Part shown: positions 13,101 to 27,100 of the stretch, one piece after another
Position numbering within the stretch: the first letter of the stretch is position 1
Layout of the letters: each line of letters starts with the position of its first letter
Assembly (NCBI GenBank): GCA_964016885.1
Contig: OZ024740.1
Coordinates: forward strand, 328,600,001 to 328,664,000
DNA: 64,000 nucleotides
Origin: Eledone cirrhosa
Lineage: Eukaryota
Reading direction: 5' to 3'
Notes under the pieces: model-generated
What the model was told of the DNA's origin: nothing
The model's input: only the letters and a program-made list of their open reading frames with translations
Databases searched by the model: none
Translations under genes and position numbers: made by a program

Positions 13101-16100
13101 ATGATTTGAATATTATTAGATAATGTCTTTCATTAGAAATGTGGTAACGAAAGGGAGAATTTGCTTGTAATTCAACCAACAGACAATATGGGCAAAGTGT
13201 CTGATTTATCTAAGAGACATGGTTAACTAAACTTGATTTAAAAAGCATATTTTACTAACAGATTCTTTTTACAATATATGTCAATATGTATAACCACATG
13301 GTTAGGGGTTCTATCTCCCTACAGTTTGACCAATGCCTTGTGAATGAATTTGTTTGCCTTGTTTAGCCCATGCCAGCATAGGAAAAATGCATGTAAAACT
13401 GATGATGTCAGATTTAGTGTTGGTTTGATGGCAGGATACACACCAATTTATCCCATTTAAAAAAAATTTTCTCTGGTCTATCATCCCTGTTAATTAATGT
13501 GGGGGTATCATAAGAGAGTATTTGACCCTGGGCACTAAAAGTCCTTGCTGAAGTCATCATTTTATGACAGAAAATGTCATTCTACCTTACAAGTTGACTC
13601 TACTAAAAATTCAGCAATGAAAGTGAATAAAATGCATATCACTTATAGATTCACTGTGGTGAACAATAAAGCCAATACTAAAAGGATAAGTATATCAACA
13701 GAATTACTAGGAAACTCTGGTTGTTTGTTGTAGTGTTGAGTGACAGATAAATCTTCCTCTAGAAATGATGCTAGTTATATCATCAGTGGTTTTCCAACAC
13801 AGTAACTGAACTTAAAAAAGAGCATACTTATGGCTGAATGCACTGAAACTGTTTATGATATCAGTTTGCTGGTCAGTGACACAACACCAGTGACAGGCTC
13901 TATAGCCTGTTCACCCATCTTAGCTGGTTATCTTCTGCTAACTTATTCACCAAACAACATGTTCTCAAAATTAAACTTTTTGATACCAATATGTCTGAAA
14001 CTGGTCCTAGTTCTATGATACAAAACTATCTGTTTTAAAATGCTTATATCTAAAAACCTCCCATCATAATTTTATGTGAGAACTTTTGTTAAGATATCCT
14101 CCAAACCCCAGCAAAATTAGTTATAGTGCTAAATTCCTTGAAATTCTTTATTTCTGAAACTACTTGAAAATCTTTCATGAGAAATTTGCTAAGAAAAGTA
14201 TTAAGTAACCAATTCATCTCAATAATTAAGATTTATTAGAACAATAAATCAATAATAGAAATGAACAAGTATCATATACTGATCAATAGACAACGTACCG
14301 CTGATTTAAACTCGACATAGGCATATCCTTTAGATTTGCCTTTGTAATTTTGGACAAGACGAATTTGGACAATGTCTCCACACTGAAATTGTAAATAAAG
14401 AAATATCAGTACATAAAACATTTGAAACTTATCTTCATCTAGAAAAACCTAAACTATTATGTATATTAATAATTCTTGACATTTTAATCCTTTGGCATTT
14501 ACATTACTCTATATTTACTATTGTATTTTCATGTTAAACACTTATCTCACATAATATCGAACCTACGAGATTTCGATATTTCTTTTGAGAACAATATCTT
14601 AACATAAGTATGAGCAGCCAGTTATGGCTGGTTTGAACAGAAAGAGGTGAGAGAATTCTGGCCAGATACGGCCGGTTTAAATGCTCTTAATTTTTTTTTA
14701 CTGTTAAATCAGGAATGGAAGTACAGTTCCCATGTTAAGTCAGGAATGCAAGTATACTTTTAACAGAGTGGACTTCACTAAAGGTATCTAAGGACCTGGT
14801 TAAACTAGGGGATTGATTCAATTTCACTACCCTAGTAAACCAGTGGGATTCAAAGAACTGGAACAAATACCATAAAGTATCAAATATGATGTTCGCCCTA
14901 ATGATTTCACCAATCTAGGCTGGTATTTTATTTATTGTACCGGAAAGGATGACAGGTAAAGTTGATCATGATGGGATCTGAAGTCAGAGCATAGAAAGCC
15001 AAAACAAATACTGCAAAGCATTTCATCCCACACTCTAAAAACTCTACTAATTGTCTGCCTTAAATGAAGGAAACAACAAAATTGAAAGCATGAATAAGCT
15101 CTAAGGATTCTTTACATTTAAGCAACAATTATTACCTAAAAGCAATTTAATACAAATATCTGATAATTGTCAATATATAGAAAAGAAGTAGGTATAAACT
15201 CCATATGATGTACACAAGAGATGGAGTGGGACAGGTAGACTAACAGGAAAGAAAGACTTTGTATGTAGATGATGCACAGGGGTAATCGGGAAGAGCATCA
15301 GTGATTTAAACAGGAAGGATCTGTAGAAGTTGTTGATAGCTACTGCTATCTAAGTGACTTAATTAGCAGCAGAGGAGGGTGCTCTGAGAGTATAATAGCT
15401 AGAATAAGTTTAGAGAGCTACTCCCACAAACAGTTTTTCCCTACATACAAAGGATCGACTGTATAATGGCTGTTTGCGAAATGTGATGCTTCATGGTAGT
15501 GAAACATGGTCTGTGATTGCAGAGGACATGTGCAGACTGGAAATGAAGCAACCATGCTTCATTGGATGTACAATGTAAGTGAGAGAAAAGCAGAGCTTGA
15601 ACAAGCTGAGGGAGAAACTGGGTTTAAGAGGAATCCAAAGTGATGTGCAGGAGAGAAGACTGTGTTGGTACGGACATATGATGTGCATAGATGATCGATG
15701 GGTGAAGTGTCAGGAAATGCCAATGGAAGGAAGCCACAGTAGAGGTAGACCCACAAAGACCTGGGCAGAGGTATGAGAGCTGATCTCAAATTGCTGAGAC
15801 TCACAGAGAAGATGATGAAGGAACGCAGTGAGTGGAGAGATACTGCATTGAGAAGGAGCAATTCACATGCAAGTGTGGGAAAACAGATGTAAAAATAATG
15901 ATGATGATGTTGCAGAAGAAATATTAAAATTTCAATAAGAATTTTGTATATATCCTTAACTGAATTAAGTGGAAAAAGATCATTAAATAAATTCTTTTAA
16001 TTGATATTATAGGTGTTATAAGCATGGTTAAGGAGCTCACAACTTACTTTTGAAAATAATTCTTCCAGGTTATCTTCATCCAATTCATAACTGATGTTAC

Positions 16101-19100
16101 TCACAAAGATAGTACGATCTTGTTTGTTAGAGTTAAACTTTGGTGTAAATCCTGGTGGCGGTCCCTCTGTTATGGTAAATAATTCAGAAATAAACTCCAG
16201 CTTAAAGAAGAAACGCACGCACACTAATTCAAAGACCAGGAGTTGAAAGAGGCATTGGATTAAAGTCCAAGATAAACACTTAGTTGGTTGGTTTTTGACA
16301 AAAAATGCATGTATTAACCCCTTTGTTACCATTTTTCTAATGAATTGCACTGCTTCTGATTTTCAAATCATTTTGAAAATAATGAGGAAGTCAATTATAT
16401 TACTAAATCCTTCCAAATTCTTGATTAAGTTGCTGTTTAAAATAAATACAACTTAATGATTCTTAGATAAAATTATGAAAGTTTAAAAAATAAATATAAA
16501 GACTTTGAAATTAACATATTTGAATTAAGAGTATTTTAGTATCAAAAGGTTTAGAAAATCCAAAATATTTATCAGGATTTATCAATATTTTAAGGCAGAA
16601 TATTAAAAGAATAGTTTCTTTTAAAATATACTTTTCTCTTTCATTTAGGCTGGATTCTGTAACTTAACAACATTGTTTTTATGGCTTATAGAGAGGATGG
16701 AGAGCATTTACAAACTGCCAAGTGTTCCAATACATCTTACTGGTCTGTGGGCATTCAAGAGTTCCTTTATATATTAAAGAACAAAAAAAAAAAAAAAAAA
16801 AAAAACGAATCTACGGGCAAAGCCAACCAGCAGGAGATCCAGAGGTAGACATTCAGCAAGATGGTTGGATAAAATCCATGCGCTTGACTGGTCTCACTTG
16901 GGGATCCAGTCAGATCAGTTGGAAATAGCTGCTTCTGAGAGGACCTGCTGGGAGGAGTATTTGAAGACTACCCCCACAACCCTCTGAGGAATAAGTGGGC
17001 AAAGACTCCATGCTATGATTCTATTTAAAAACGTTTACCAAGAATACTCAGACACATTATGATGTAATACATGTTTGTATTAATATCTACAGAACAGTAG
17101 ATCACATTTCTAATGAAATTGCTGTATTTAAATTAATCAATGAAAATTTAGAGGGATTTACTAAAATTATTAACTCATTATTATTATAAGATGGAATTGT
17201 AACATAAGAAAAAGTTCTTATATAACATGATGTTGGAAGGTCTTTAAAATGGATAGTTGTTTCATGGAACCAGAGGCAGTTTGATATCAAAAGGGTTAAG
17301 AGCTGAAACCTTGTTAAATCAATGTAAATTTCTAAAAGAGGCCCAGCAGTGTTGCCAGTGAAATTAGTCATGATATTGGTATCACAGAAAAAAAAAAAAA
17401 AAAAAAAAAAAGCACCCAGCCCATACTGTAAAGTGGTTGTGTGGGTGTCACGACAAAAAGCCACCCAGGCCTCACTGTAAAGTGGTCGTGTAGGTCTCAC
17501 AATAAAAAGCACCCACCACACATCGTAAAAGTGGTTGGCATTAGGAAGGACATCCAGCCGTAGAAACCTAACCAGAAAGTTCTATATGAACAAGCCAGTC
17601 ACCTGACCCGACTTGCCTCTCATGGGACAAACCATCTAACCCATGCCAGCGTGGAAAACGAACGTTAAACAATGATGATTTGTTATTGTTTAACCCAAGG
17701 TCAGAGCAGTCTGAGTAGACATGTAATCATAGTTGTTCCATCAGTAACCATTCAGTCATATTTATATACCCAGGATTACATTATTTAATGTGTCCTTTTT
17801 CTCAAGATACTGGGGTTCCATTTGCTGATGATTTAACTGCTATTTTTAACAGACTGAGGGATCTCATGGAGTTTTGACAAGTAGGGTAATTAGCATAGAA
17901 AGGGAAGAAAAAAAATGAGAATCTTACCGATTTTAACTTTTTTGGCAGCTGTAGGACCTTCGGGATCTTGTTGCTTAGGTACCACTTCACCAACAAGGGC
18001 AGGGACCACTGGTATCTTAAAACCATCTTTATCTGTGATATTTAATTGTTGTTCGTGAATCTGGAAGTAATATATATATAAGAAAGTGAGAGAAGACTAT
18101 AAGAGAGAACATACAGTACAATCATCTCTACCTAATTTAGCCATTATAATTCTGGTTGACAATTGATGGGAGAGTGATAAACTCATCAACCAGTGTCGAT
18201 TTCTAGTTGGAACTAACAACTTTTGTAAAGGCATGAACCTCAACTCTTGGCAATTTGACTATTATACACACACACGCACCTATGTGGGAAAATAAGTATT
18301 ATTAATGGATAAATATTTCTGGAGAGAAAGAGTGAGCGGAATCAATCATAGCTAATAAAAAGAAATCGTTGTCATAGTAATTGCATGTTAGCCTCCCTCA
18401 TTATCACACAGTATATATCCTACATTATATATCATATATACACATATATTACCTGTCTGGCCCCACAATTGTCTAACTAATATAGATCAGACAATGTCAT
18501 TCATGAGAAGGTATCACTGAAATCACAAAATACAAGTTAATAATTAAACAAAAGTCTGACCAAAGACTCTTCAACAATGACCTTAATGTCTTTCCTTCAG
18601 ACAATTTATCCCTTTTAAGATAGTACAATGATTTAGTTCAAGATTAGGCCCTCTTTTCTAGCAGATTGAATTACAGCATAGAAGTTCCGTTATTGGAGCT
18701 AGGGAGCCTCATTGCATGTCAAAGAAGCCAACAGTTGGGCAAGACTGTAACAATGTGTAAACTTAGGGATATGCCAGGAACTTCTTGCTGTAAAGGACAA
18801 CATTTGTGTAATCATCTCATCTAATGGTATTGATACAGTAAAACACTGCATATTTAGTGGTTAGAGCATTGGCCTTGCAATCGAAAGGTTGTGAGTTCAA
18901 TTCTCAGACTGGGTGATGTGTTGTTTCCTTGAGCAAGACACTTTATTTCACATTGCTCCAGTTTACTCAGCTGTAGAAATGAGATGATAGGACTGGGGTC
19001 CATATCATTCCACTGCAAAGTGGTTGTGGAGGTGCCACGGTAAAGAAGCACCCAGCCCACACTTAAAAGTGGTCGTGGAGGTGCCGCGGCAAAAAAGCAC

Positions 19101-22100
19101 CCAGCACTCACTGTAAATGAGGTTGGTGTTAGGAAGGGCATCCAGCTGTAGAAATCAAGCCAGAATCAGTTCCCGTCCCACTCTTGCAAGCAGGGCAAAG
19201 CGGACGTAAAATGATGATGATGATGATAGGTATGCTCTCTCTGGACCTGGAATGTAGCAGCTCTGTATGTATCATCTGCAACAGAATGTAAGTTGTTGCT
19301 ATTGTTATTTATCCAATTCACCCAGCTAAATTTGCACAGATCCAGCAGAACTATGATCAAGTTCGAACCATATCCATTTCATCTTTCATGTAGTCAGTAG
19401 TGTGTCTTGGATTACATTATCCGATGTATCCTTTTTGTTAAAAATAGTAAGATATGATTAGAAGATGTGGCTGTTATTTCTTGCAGGTCAAGTGACAACA
19501 TAATAGCTCTGTCATTATGAGTTGTTTATTCTCAAACTAACTCTAATCAAACTGATCTCCGCTGAAAGGCATATCAGCCATGGCTCTCCCATCATTTTTC
19601 AGGAATTGTGTATCTTGGACAGATATTCTTCAATGTGATCTTCCTATTTGTAAGATGGTAGAGGGCAATTTGAGGAGATTTGGGTGTTACTTCAAGTAGG
19701 TTGAATTCTTTTAACACATAAAGGGTGGAGCTCATTCTGTGTTATGTGACAGCAGACGTGAATCGTAGTAAGTGAAATGGAAGAGATAACAATACAATAG
19801 AGTCAACATGCGAAGAAACAAACCTACCTTTCGTTTCATTGCTGTAGCACTATCTCCAGACTTCTCATGTGAACCAACTGGTTTGCGTACAACCTTCTTA
19901 ATGTTGCGATCATTCAACCGCTTCTGTTCCTTCATCATCTGTTCTTTTTCTTTGGCCTAGAAAATTACAAGAATACTTCTGTTGAAACAATTGATAATCA
20001 TATAATAGGGACCATATGTAAATCACTTATTTGGCTTAATCAGAAAAAGAAGGGCAGTGCCCATTCCTTTTTTTGCAGGACCTTCATAATTTTGGAGAGG
20101 ACAAAGAGAGGAAGAAACCATGAGCCATGGGTTATCTCAGCAAAGTTAACTTTGCCTTTTCTCCTTCTGGGACCAATAAATAAAGTACCAGTCTACAGCA
20201 ATGGACTAGCAGAATTATTTGAGGTTTGTCTGGGATGCCTTGCAGTATTTTTTTCTGACTCTTTCTACTAAGTTCAAATCTTGCTGTGGCCTAATAAAAT
20301 TCACTGTTGCAAGTTGCTTTCGAGAACATAAAAAATGCTTGCCCCACCTGAGTAAATGACTATAAGAAAAATCTTCAAACTGGAAATCTTTTGTTAAAAT
20401 ACTGCTACAATGGCTTCCATACCAGATTGTTATGATAAAATTTTCTATTGTTGGCAGAGCTACCATTAACTTTAGGCTTGTAAAAAATTTATAAACAAAT
20501 ATCAGTCATCAGCAATCTGTGGACCATACAACGTTTTGTATGGTACACTTAATTGTATGATTATATCTAAACTATAATAAAGAAAGGTCTGCAGGACTGC
20601 GTACGGTTTTTTTTTTTTTTTTTATCTCATTAGTAAAATAAGTTGGATTACTTTGAATAAATAATGAATGAATATTACAAAACAATAATTTCGTAACAAA
20701 TAATTTAAAATTGACTTTTCAAAGTTATACTTCCGGTATATCGTTGCCACCACCACCACTTCAACTACCATATATATATATATATATAGAAAGAGAAAGT
20801 GTGTGATGTCAACACTTCCGGTGGCGATCACTAAAATAAACATACTAATTTGCTCCTAATGCAGTTTATATATAATATCGTCTTTTTTTAATGTATCATG
20901 GATTATGTTACTGATTAAGACAGTGTAACACAGTCTTCGTTCAATTTCTGTTTATATTGTCAATTACGATTTTATTTGATGTATCATATCTACATGTATA
21001 TATATACTTGCGTATAATATCAATATACACACTACACATGCTAGCAGAAAACCAACCGAAGGGTGGTTTTTCTGCTAGTAAGCGTAATGGTAATTTATTC
21101 AAATTTTGTTATCTTTTTGCGTTACATTCTTCTGCTTAGCTGATGTTAAGGGAGATAATTATGCCAGAGTAATTTCCCTTCATTTTTTTTTAAAATAGAA
21201 GTATCGTGACGCACTAATTGTAAACATCCATCATCAACCGTATGATTTTCAAGGAAATTTTCAAATTGTGGGTGTATGGATTGCTGTAATTTTTTTGAAA
21301 TATTGATAAAACCAACTCATGGAAGACAAATGATTTTTGTTGAAGTGAAAAGCAGACAATCATCGGTATCAGTTTTACATGTTTCTCAAGGCTCCAGATT
21401 TAATGATTTCAAAGCTAAAGAAATTGATTTTCACCTTTTTGCTGATGCTTATGTTGAAAAGAAAGCTTGAAAGAAAATGCAAACAGATATAAACTTGAGA
21501 ATGACAAACTTTTTCAGCAATATAAAAAAAATATTTCAAATGAATTCCACCCAAATTGTGTACTTCGACAGAAGGTATTCCACCATATTTGGTAGCCCTT
21601 GGCCTTCTTTGTTCTGGAAGGTGAAAATTAGTTCCTGCAAAGGATGTTTCTTGTCCTACTCTATTTGTCATGCCACATTTTTCTTTTTTTTTTTAGATGT
21701 TGTTCCCCTTAATCTAATGACCATAAATTTGCAGATCATCCCCCTAAACTAGTCAAACTAAATCCTATAAGATGGTTGCTATATTATTCTTTTAGTGGTG
21801 TGTCTCAATTTATGTTGCCTATTGATCGAAAAAGGTTCCTCATGTCTGATACACATACACACACACCAATTTCTGATCTCATTTTGTCCTTAAATTAATC
21901 TACTGTGGTCATATCCTTGAAAAAGGCATATACACTACAACCTCCACTGTCACTTCTAAATTGTCATACATTAAGAAACAAAATACTCCTTATATATAAT
22001 AATAATGAAATTATTGTGTAAAGTGCTCAGGTGCACTACAACTTGTCATAGTACATAGAATAATACACAAATGTCAGGGAAGTGAATATTGTCATGGTAT

Positions 22101-24141
22101 ACATGTGTGTATGTGTATGGAGGGTCTCGGGAAGCATGGAGGCCTTAAAGGATGCAGTGTCTCGACAGCTAACAACTGATGCAGGTAGTTTGTTCCATGC
22201 TTCAGCAACTGAGCGTGAAAAAATGTTTCCGAAAGTCATGGGAACTGTGCTGTTTTCTTACTTTCTGGGCATGTTCACGTGTGTTAGACACATGGAAATC
22301 AAAAAGGTACTCAGGGTTGTTGTTGGCAACATGGTTAACAATTTTGTGGGTGTTTACCAAGCGTCGGAGCTTCAATGTATCCATGCCCAGGGAAGCAAGG
22401 CGCTCAGAGTATGGTAGATGCCTGATGGACCGTATTCGCTTGGTTGCACGTCTCTGAACAATTTCCAGGCGGTCAATGTTCTGAGCAAGATAGGGGTTCC
22501 AGACTGGTGATGCAAATTCTAAGTGTGGTCGCACCATAGCCATGTACAGCCTTAAATAGATATCTGGAGAGCGGCTGACAAAGGTCTTGCTGAGTGATGC
22601 TAAGACACCCTCGGCCCTCTTGACAATTTTAGAGACATGCTTCGTCCAACGCAAATCGCTGGTGACCGTAATGCCCAGGTCACGTTCACAAGAAGACTTC
22701 TTGATATTAGTGTTGTGGAGGGAGTATGTGGACGCTGGGTTTTTACTCCCAAAATGCATGGTGGTGCACTTGTCCACAGCTAGCTTGAGTTGCCAGTCTG
22801 AGATCCATTGTTGCATTGTGTCCAGGTCAGACTGCAAGCAAGATCTATAGTGTTCAGGATCTGTCCTTTTTATCTCAAGGAACAGCTTGATGTCGTCTGC
22901 GTACTTTAGTACCGTGGCATTCTTTAAGTTGGCATCTACGTCATTAATATATGCCACAAACAAAAGGGGGCCAAGAACAGATCCCTGTGGTACACCAGAT
23001 GACATCTCATATGGTGAGGAATGCTGTCCCAGAACCGTGACTACCTCTCTTCGACTGAGAATGAAGGACTTCAACCAGTTAAAAAGATCATCCTTCACAC
23101 CCATTGCAGAGAGTTTTGCCCTAAGCCTTTTGCAAAGTCAAGGTAAACAACATCCACCCATGAGCCGCCATCAGTGATCCGGGTGATGTCCTCAAGAAAC
23201 TCTATAAGTTGATCACAGCAGCTGGAGTTGGGGATAAGTCCAAATTGCGAGGGCCGGATAAGACTGTGAGAGCTCCAGAAGTTCCAAAGTGTTTCTCTGA
23301 CACAGTATTCCATCAGTTTGGCGATGCAACTAGTAAAACTGACTGGACGATAGTTCACAGGTGAGGTGCGGTCACCCTTTTTGAACAGAGGAATGACACT
23401 GGCAGTTTTCCACTGTTCTGGAGTAGCACTGTTGTTCAGACAGAATTGGAAGAAGCATGATAACTGGTGCAGAAGGAAGTACCCACCACGTTTAAGAAGC
23501 AGGTACGTAACACCATCAAGACCAGGAGAGGCATGGTTGCGTTTATTTTTTAGGTGACATCGCAGCATTGCAGGTGTAAATTCCATGGTTGTAATAGAGT
23601 CCGGTGTCATAGGTGGTGGAGATGGTACACTCTGGTCTTCAATAGTGAAAATGCCTGCATAGCATTCAGCAATGAGCTCTGCGCATTCCTTGGGGTCGTC
23701 AGTAACCTGGCTTGTGTGGGGATTGCGAAGAGGACCAACTGGAGAGTGAGGCCTCTGCTTTGAGTGAACATACTTCCAGAACACCTTACTGTCAGGGCTG
23801 GTTGCTATGCGCTGCTCAAATTGAAGCACTGCCTTTTTTGTCACCTGTTTGTCACCATATATAAGATACCATGATAACATTTAGTGAGGAGGTCACTACA
23901 AATAACTAGTGATGAACACCTACTTACCAGAGCTTGTCTTTGTTGTAACCGTTGTAGTTGAGCAGTACATTTGTTGAGGGATATTTCATAGTCTTCTAGT
24001 GTACCTAGCAGGTAAAGGTGAAAAGGAGTGGTGAGTTCTGATCTGAGGATGCTGGGTCTTGCAAACTGAGATGACAAAAGACTACAGGTAATGTGACACT
24101 ATGTTGAGATTGACCAGCTTAATACACACAGGAAAAGCAGA

Positions 24142-24177
<36 letters not shown>

Positions 24178-27100
24178 CCTTAAGAAGTCGCACTATACAG
24201 AAAACTAAAAGCTGCAATTTATAAATATACACTCTCACACAAATCACTTTAGTAATCAACTATGTAAATATTGCTGTGCCAACACAAAATTTACTTTGTG
24301 TTACTTCTAGAGAAGTAATTATAGAGCACAGTAAATTAAGAGCTATGTCTCTCAAGCTATTCTATTATCTGACTTCAGCAGATCACTTAATTATAATTAA
24401 AGTGCTCTAATTCAGCTAGCAGTTGAGAATATTTACAAGACTATTATGTGTGATCAAATCCAGCAAGCAGTTGGAAATATGTACAAGACATAAGTGTTAA
24501 TTATCTGCATTAATTCAGCTATTTGTTGAGAATACTAGACTTTAATTTACTTGAAAAATGCAACAAGACCCTTGTCAAGTGTATCTTTCTCTACAAAATG
24601 ATGTTCATGTTTCAACTGCAGTTATCACCAAAGTGTTTTTGACTCATTTATCTGAGTACAATTCTTCATGCAAATTATCAGCTTGATTAACACAATTTAT
24701 TCCATCTACCTACCTCAACAGAAACAATTTACAACTAATACATCCAACTTTCCCGACACTGTCTCTGTGTATTGAGTTCATTTAAAGTTATTTGTCATGC
24801 ACAGTTAACAATCAATCATTTTTATAACACCTATGCCAACCTGGAAAGACAGACATTAAATAATGGTTTCCATGCTGGTATAGATTGAATGGGACATTTT
24901 GAGATTGGATGCTGTCCGTGCTTCTTGATGCTAACCCTCATGACAGGTTAGGAAATGACAGATACAAAAAATGAGTTAAATGTTGTACAACTAGAAAGCA
25001 CATGGCCAATGCAAAATGCAAGCAACAGTATAACATTGTAGTAAAATACAAGATAGAACAAATGATCTAGACTCCATAAACAAATATTTTAACATTTGAT
25101 AGACAAAGGTCAATAATAGACTTAGTGTTGAACTGTAGCAAGAGCAATTGTCTCTTACAGCCTTAACTGTCCTATCAAAGATACCTGTCACCAAGAAGTA
25201 ATGAAGGAGCTTCTATGTGGTCACTGAGCCTGTTAGCATTTACACAAAAGTTACCCTCAAATTATAACAATACTGTGTTAAGAAATGAAAGACACATTGA
25301 ACAATGTGAAAGCTGAAGTGTCTCAAGTCTAGTAGCTCATCAGACCAGTGCTTATCCCCGTTTTCTTGGTGTTAAGCAACTAAGAGTACAAGACATCCCC
25401 TTGGGCAGGACGCCAGTCCATTGCAGGGTTAACTCCCAGCTACTACCTGTACTCACTTTCATCTGAATCTATAGGAGCAACATGAAGTGCTTTGCTGCAG
25501 AATACAACATGCTGCCAGATACAGGATTTGAACCCACAACATTATGATTGTAAGTCCAAAACTCTAACCACTGGGTCATGTGCCTTCATGTCTTAGTTAT
25601 AAAAAAATGACAATAGTTATGGCTGGAATGCCTTTTCAAATAGGTCTGCAAAATCTAGACCGACCTGAGGCTAAACAACAACATTGTACAACCATGTGAA
25701 TAATAGCTTACCTTCCTCTCGTTCAAATTGTAAGTAGGCATCAACAATTCCTTGTGGCCAATCAGTGACCGAGTTAAGTGCCCTTTGTAGTACCTTGCGA
25801 CAATTTTTTGCGTTACCATATGCCCTACAATACAAAGAGTGAAGATAGTTATGTCTGCTTTTTGAAGAATCATTAAAAAGCACAATAACCCTTTTGTTAC
25901 CATATTCCTAATGAAAAACACTGCCTATGATTTTCAAATAATCAAGAAAGTAATATATCTTTCTTATTATCAAGCTGTAGTTTGGAACATAACCTAAATT
26001 TTCTCATATAAAATTATGATGAAAGGTTTTAAATATCATCATCATCACCGTTTTACGTCCGTTCTTCCATGCTAGCATGGGTTAGACGGGTTGTCCTGTT
26101 GTGGGCAGTGTCTGGTCGGCTGACCATGCCTTGGTCATACAGGAACTGATTTTGGCTTGATTTCTACAGCTCGATGCCCTTCCTAACACCAACCTCATTT
26201 ACAGTGAGTGCTGGGTGCTTTTTCCGTGGCGCCTACACGTCCACTTTACAGTGTGGGCTGGGTGCTTTTTTGCCGTGGTACCTCCACGACCACCTTGCAG
26301 TGGGAGGGTGTGGGGGCATATTGTCTATATGCTTCAGCTTGTACCCATGGGAGGCCGGGTACTCTGTATTACTACGTGATGCCAGAGGTCACGGTCGTGT
26401 GTCACCGCCTTTGAGAGGTGTAATTGGGTAAGGTTGGCTTTTATCACCTCATCCTGGGTCTTCTTGGGTCTCCCCACTCCGCGGTTTCCATTGACTTTTA
26501 GTGCTCTGCACCTTTTTATGCAGCTGTCATCCTTCATACGCATCACATGTCCATACCAACGCAACCGCCTCTCCTACACACAGCATTTGATTCCTCTTAT
26601 GCTCAGTCTCTCTCTCAATTCATTTATGCTTTGTCGTTCACGTATATTACTATTACACATCCATCAGAGTATGCAGGCTTCGTTTCTTTCTAATCTACGT
26701 AAGTCTTCCACCTTCAGCGCCCAGGTCTCACTACCATGTAACAATGCTGTTCAGATACACGCATCATACAGTCTGCCTTTCATTTTGAGGGAGAAGCCTT
26801 TTGCAGCTAGCAGTGGCAGTAGTTCCCTGAACTTCTTCCATCCTGTTCTTACCCTAGTTATTGTACTTTCTGAACACCCACCTCCGCTGCTAATTCGGTC
26901 ACCTAGGTAGCAGAAGTTGTCTACTGTTTCTACAGAGCCCTCCCAGAGATTGGTGGTACATGTTGCTTGCTGTCCCAGCACAGCTGCTGCATGTAAAGCC
27001 TACATTCTTAATAAAGCTTCCTGAGATACCGCTACATCTCTTGTGTACCCATTGTTTGCATTTGGAGCAGAGAATGGAGTTCCTACCTACACCTTTCCTA

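Noticed and set aside
18851-18925. tRNA gene
   Set aside because: A and B boxes are present, but there is no clean acceptor stem and the sequence continues into a SINE body.
23095-24004. SART3 exon 14 reading through into the sense-oriented CR1-like RT
   Set aside because: The exon frame stops at 23841 and the RT ORF is in another frame; a strong GTAAGT donor is present.
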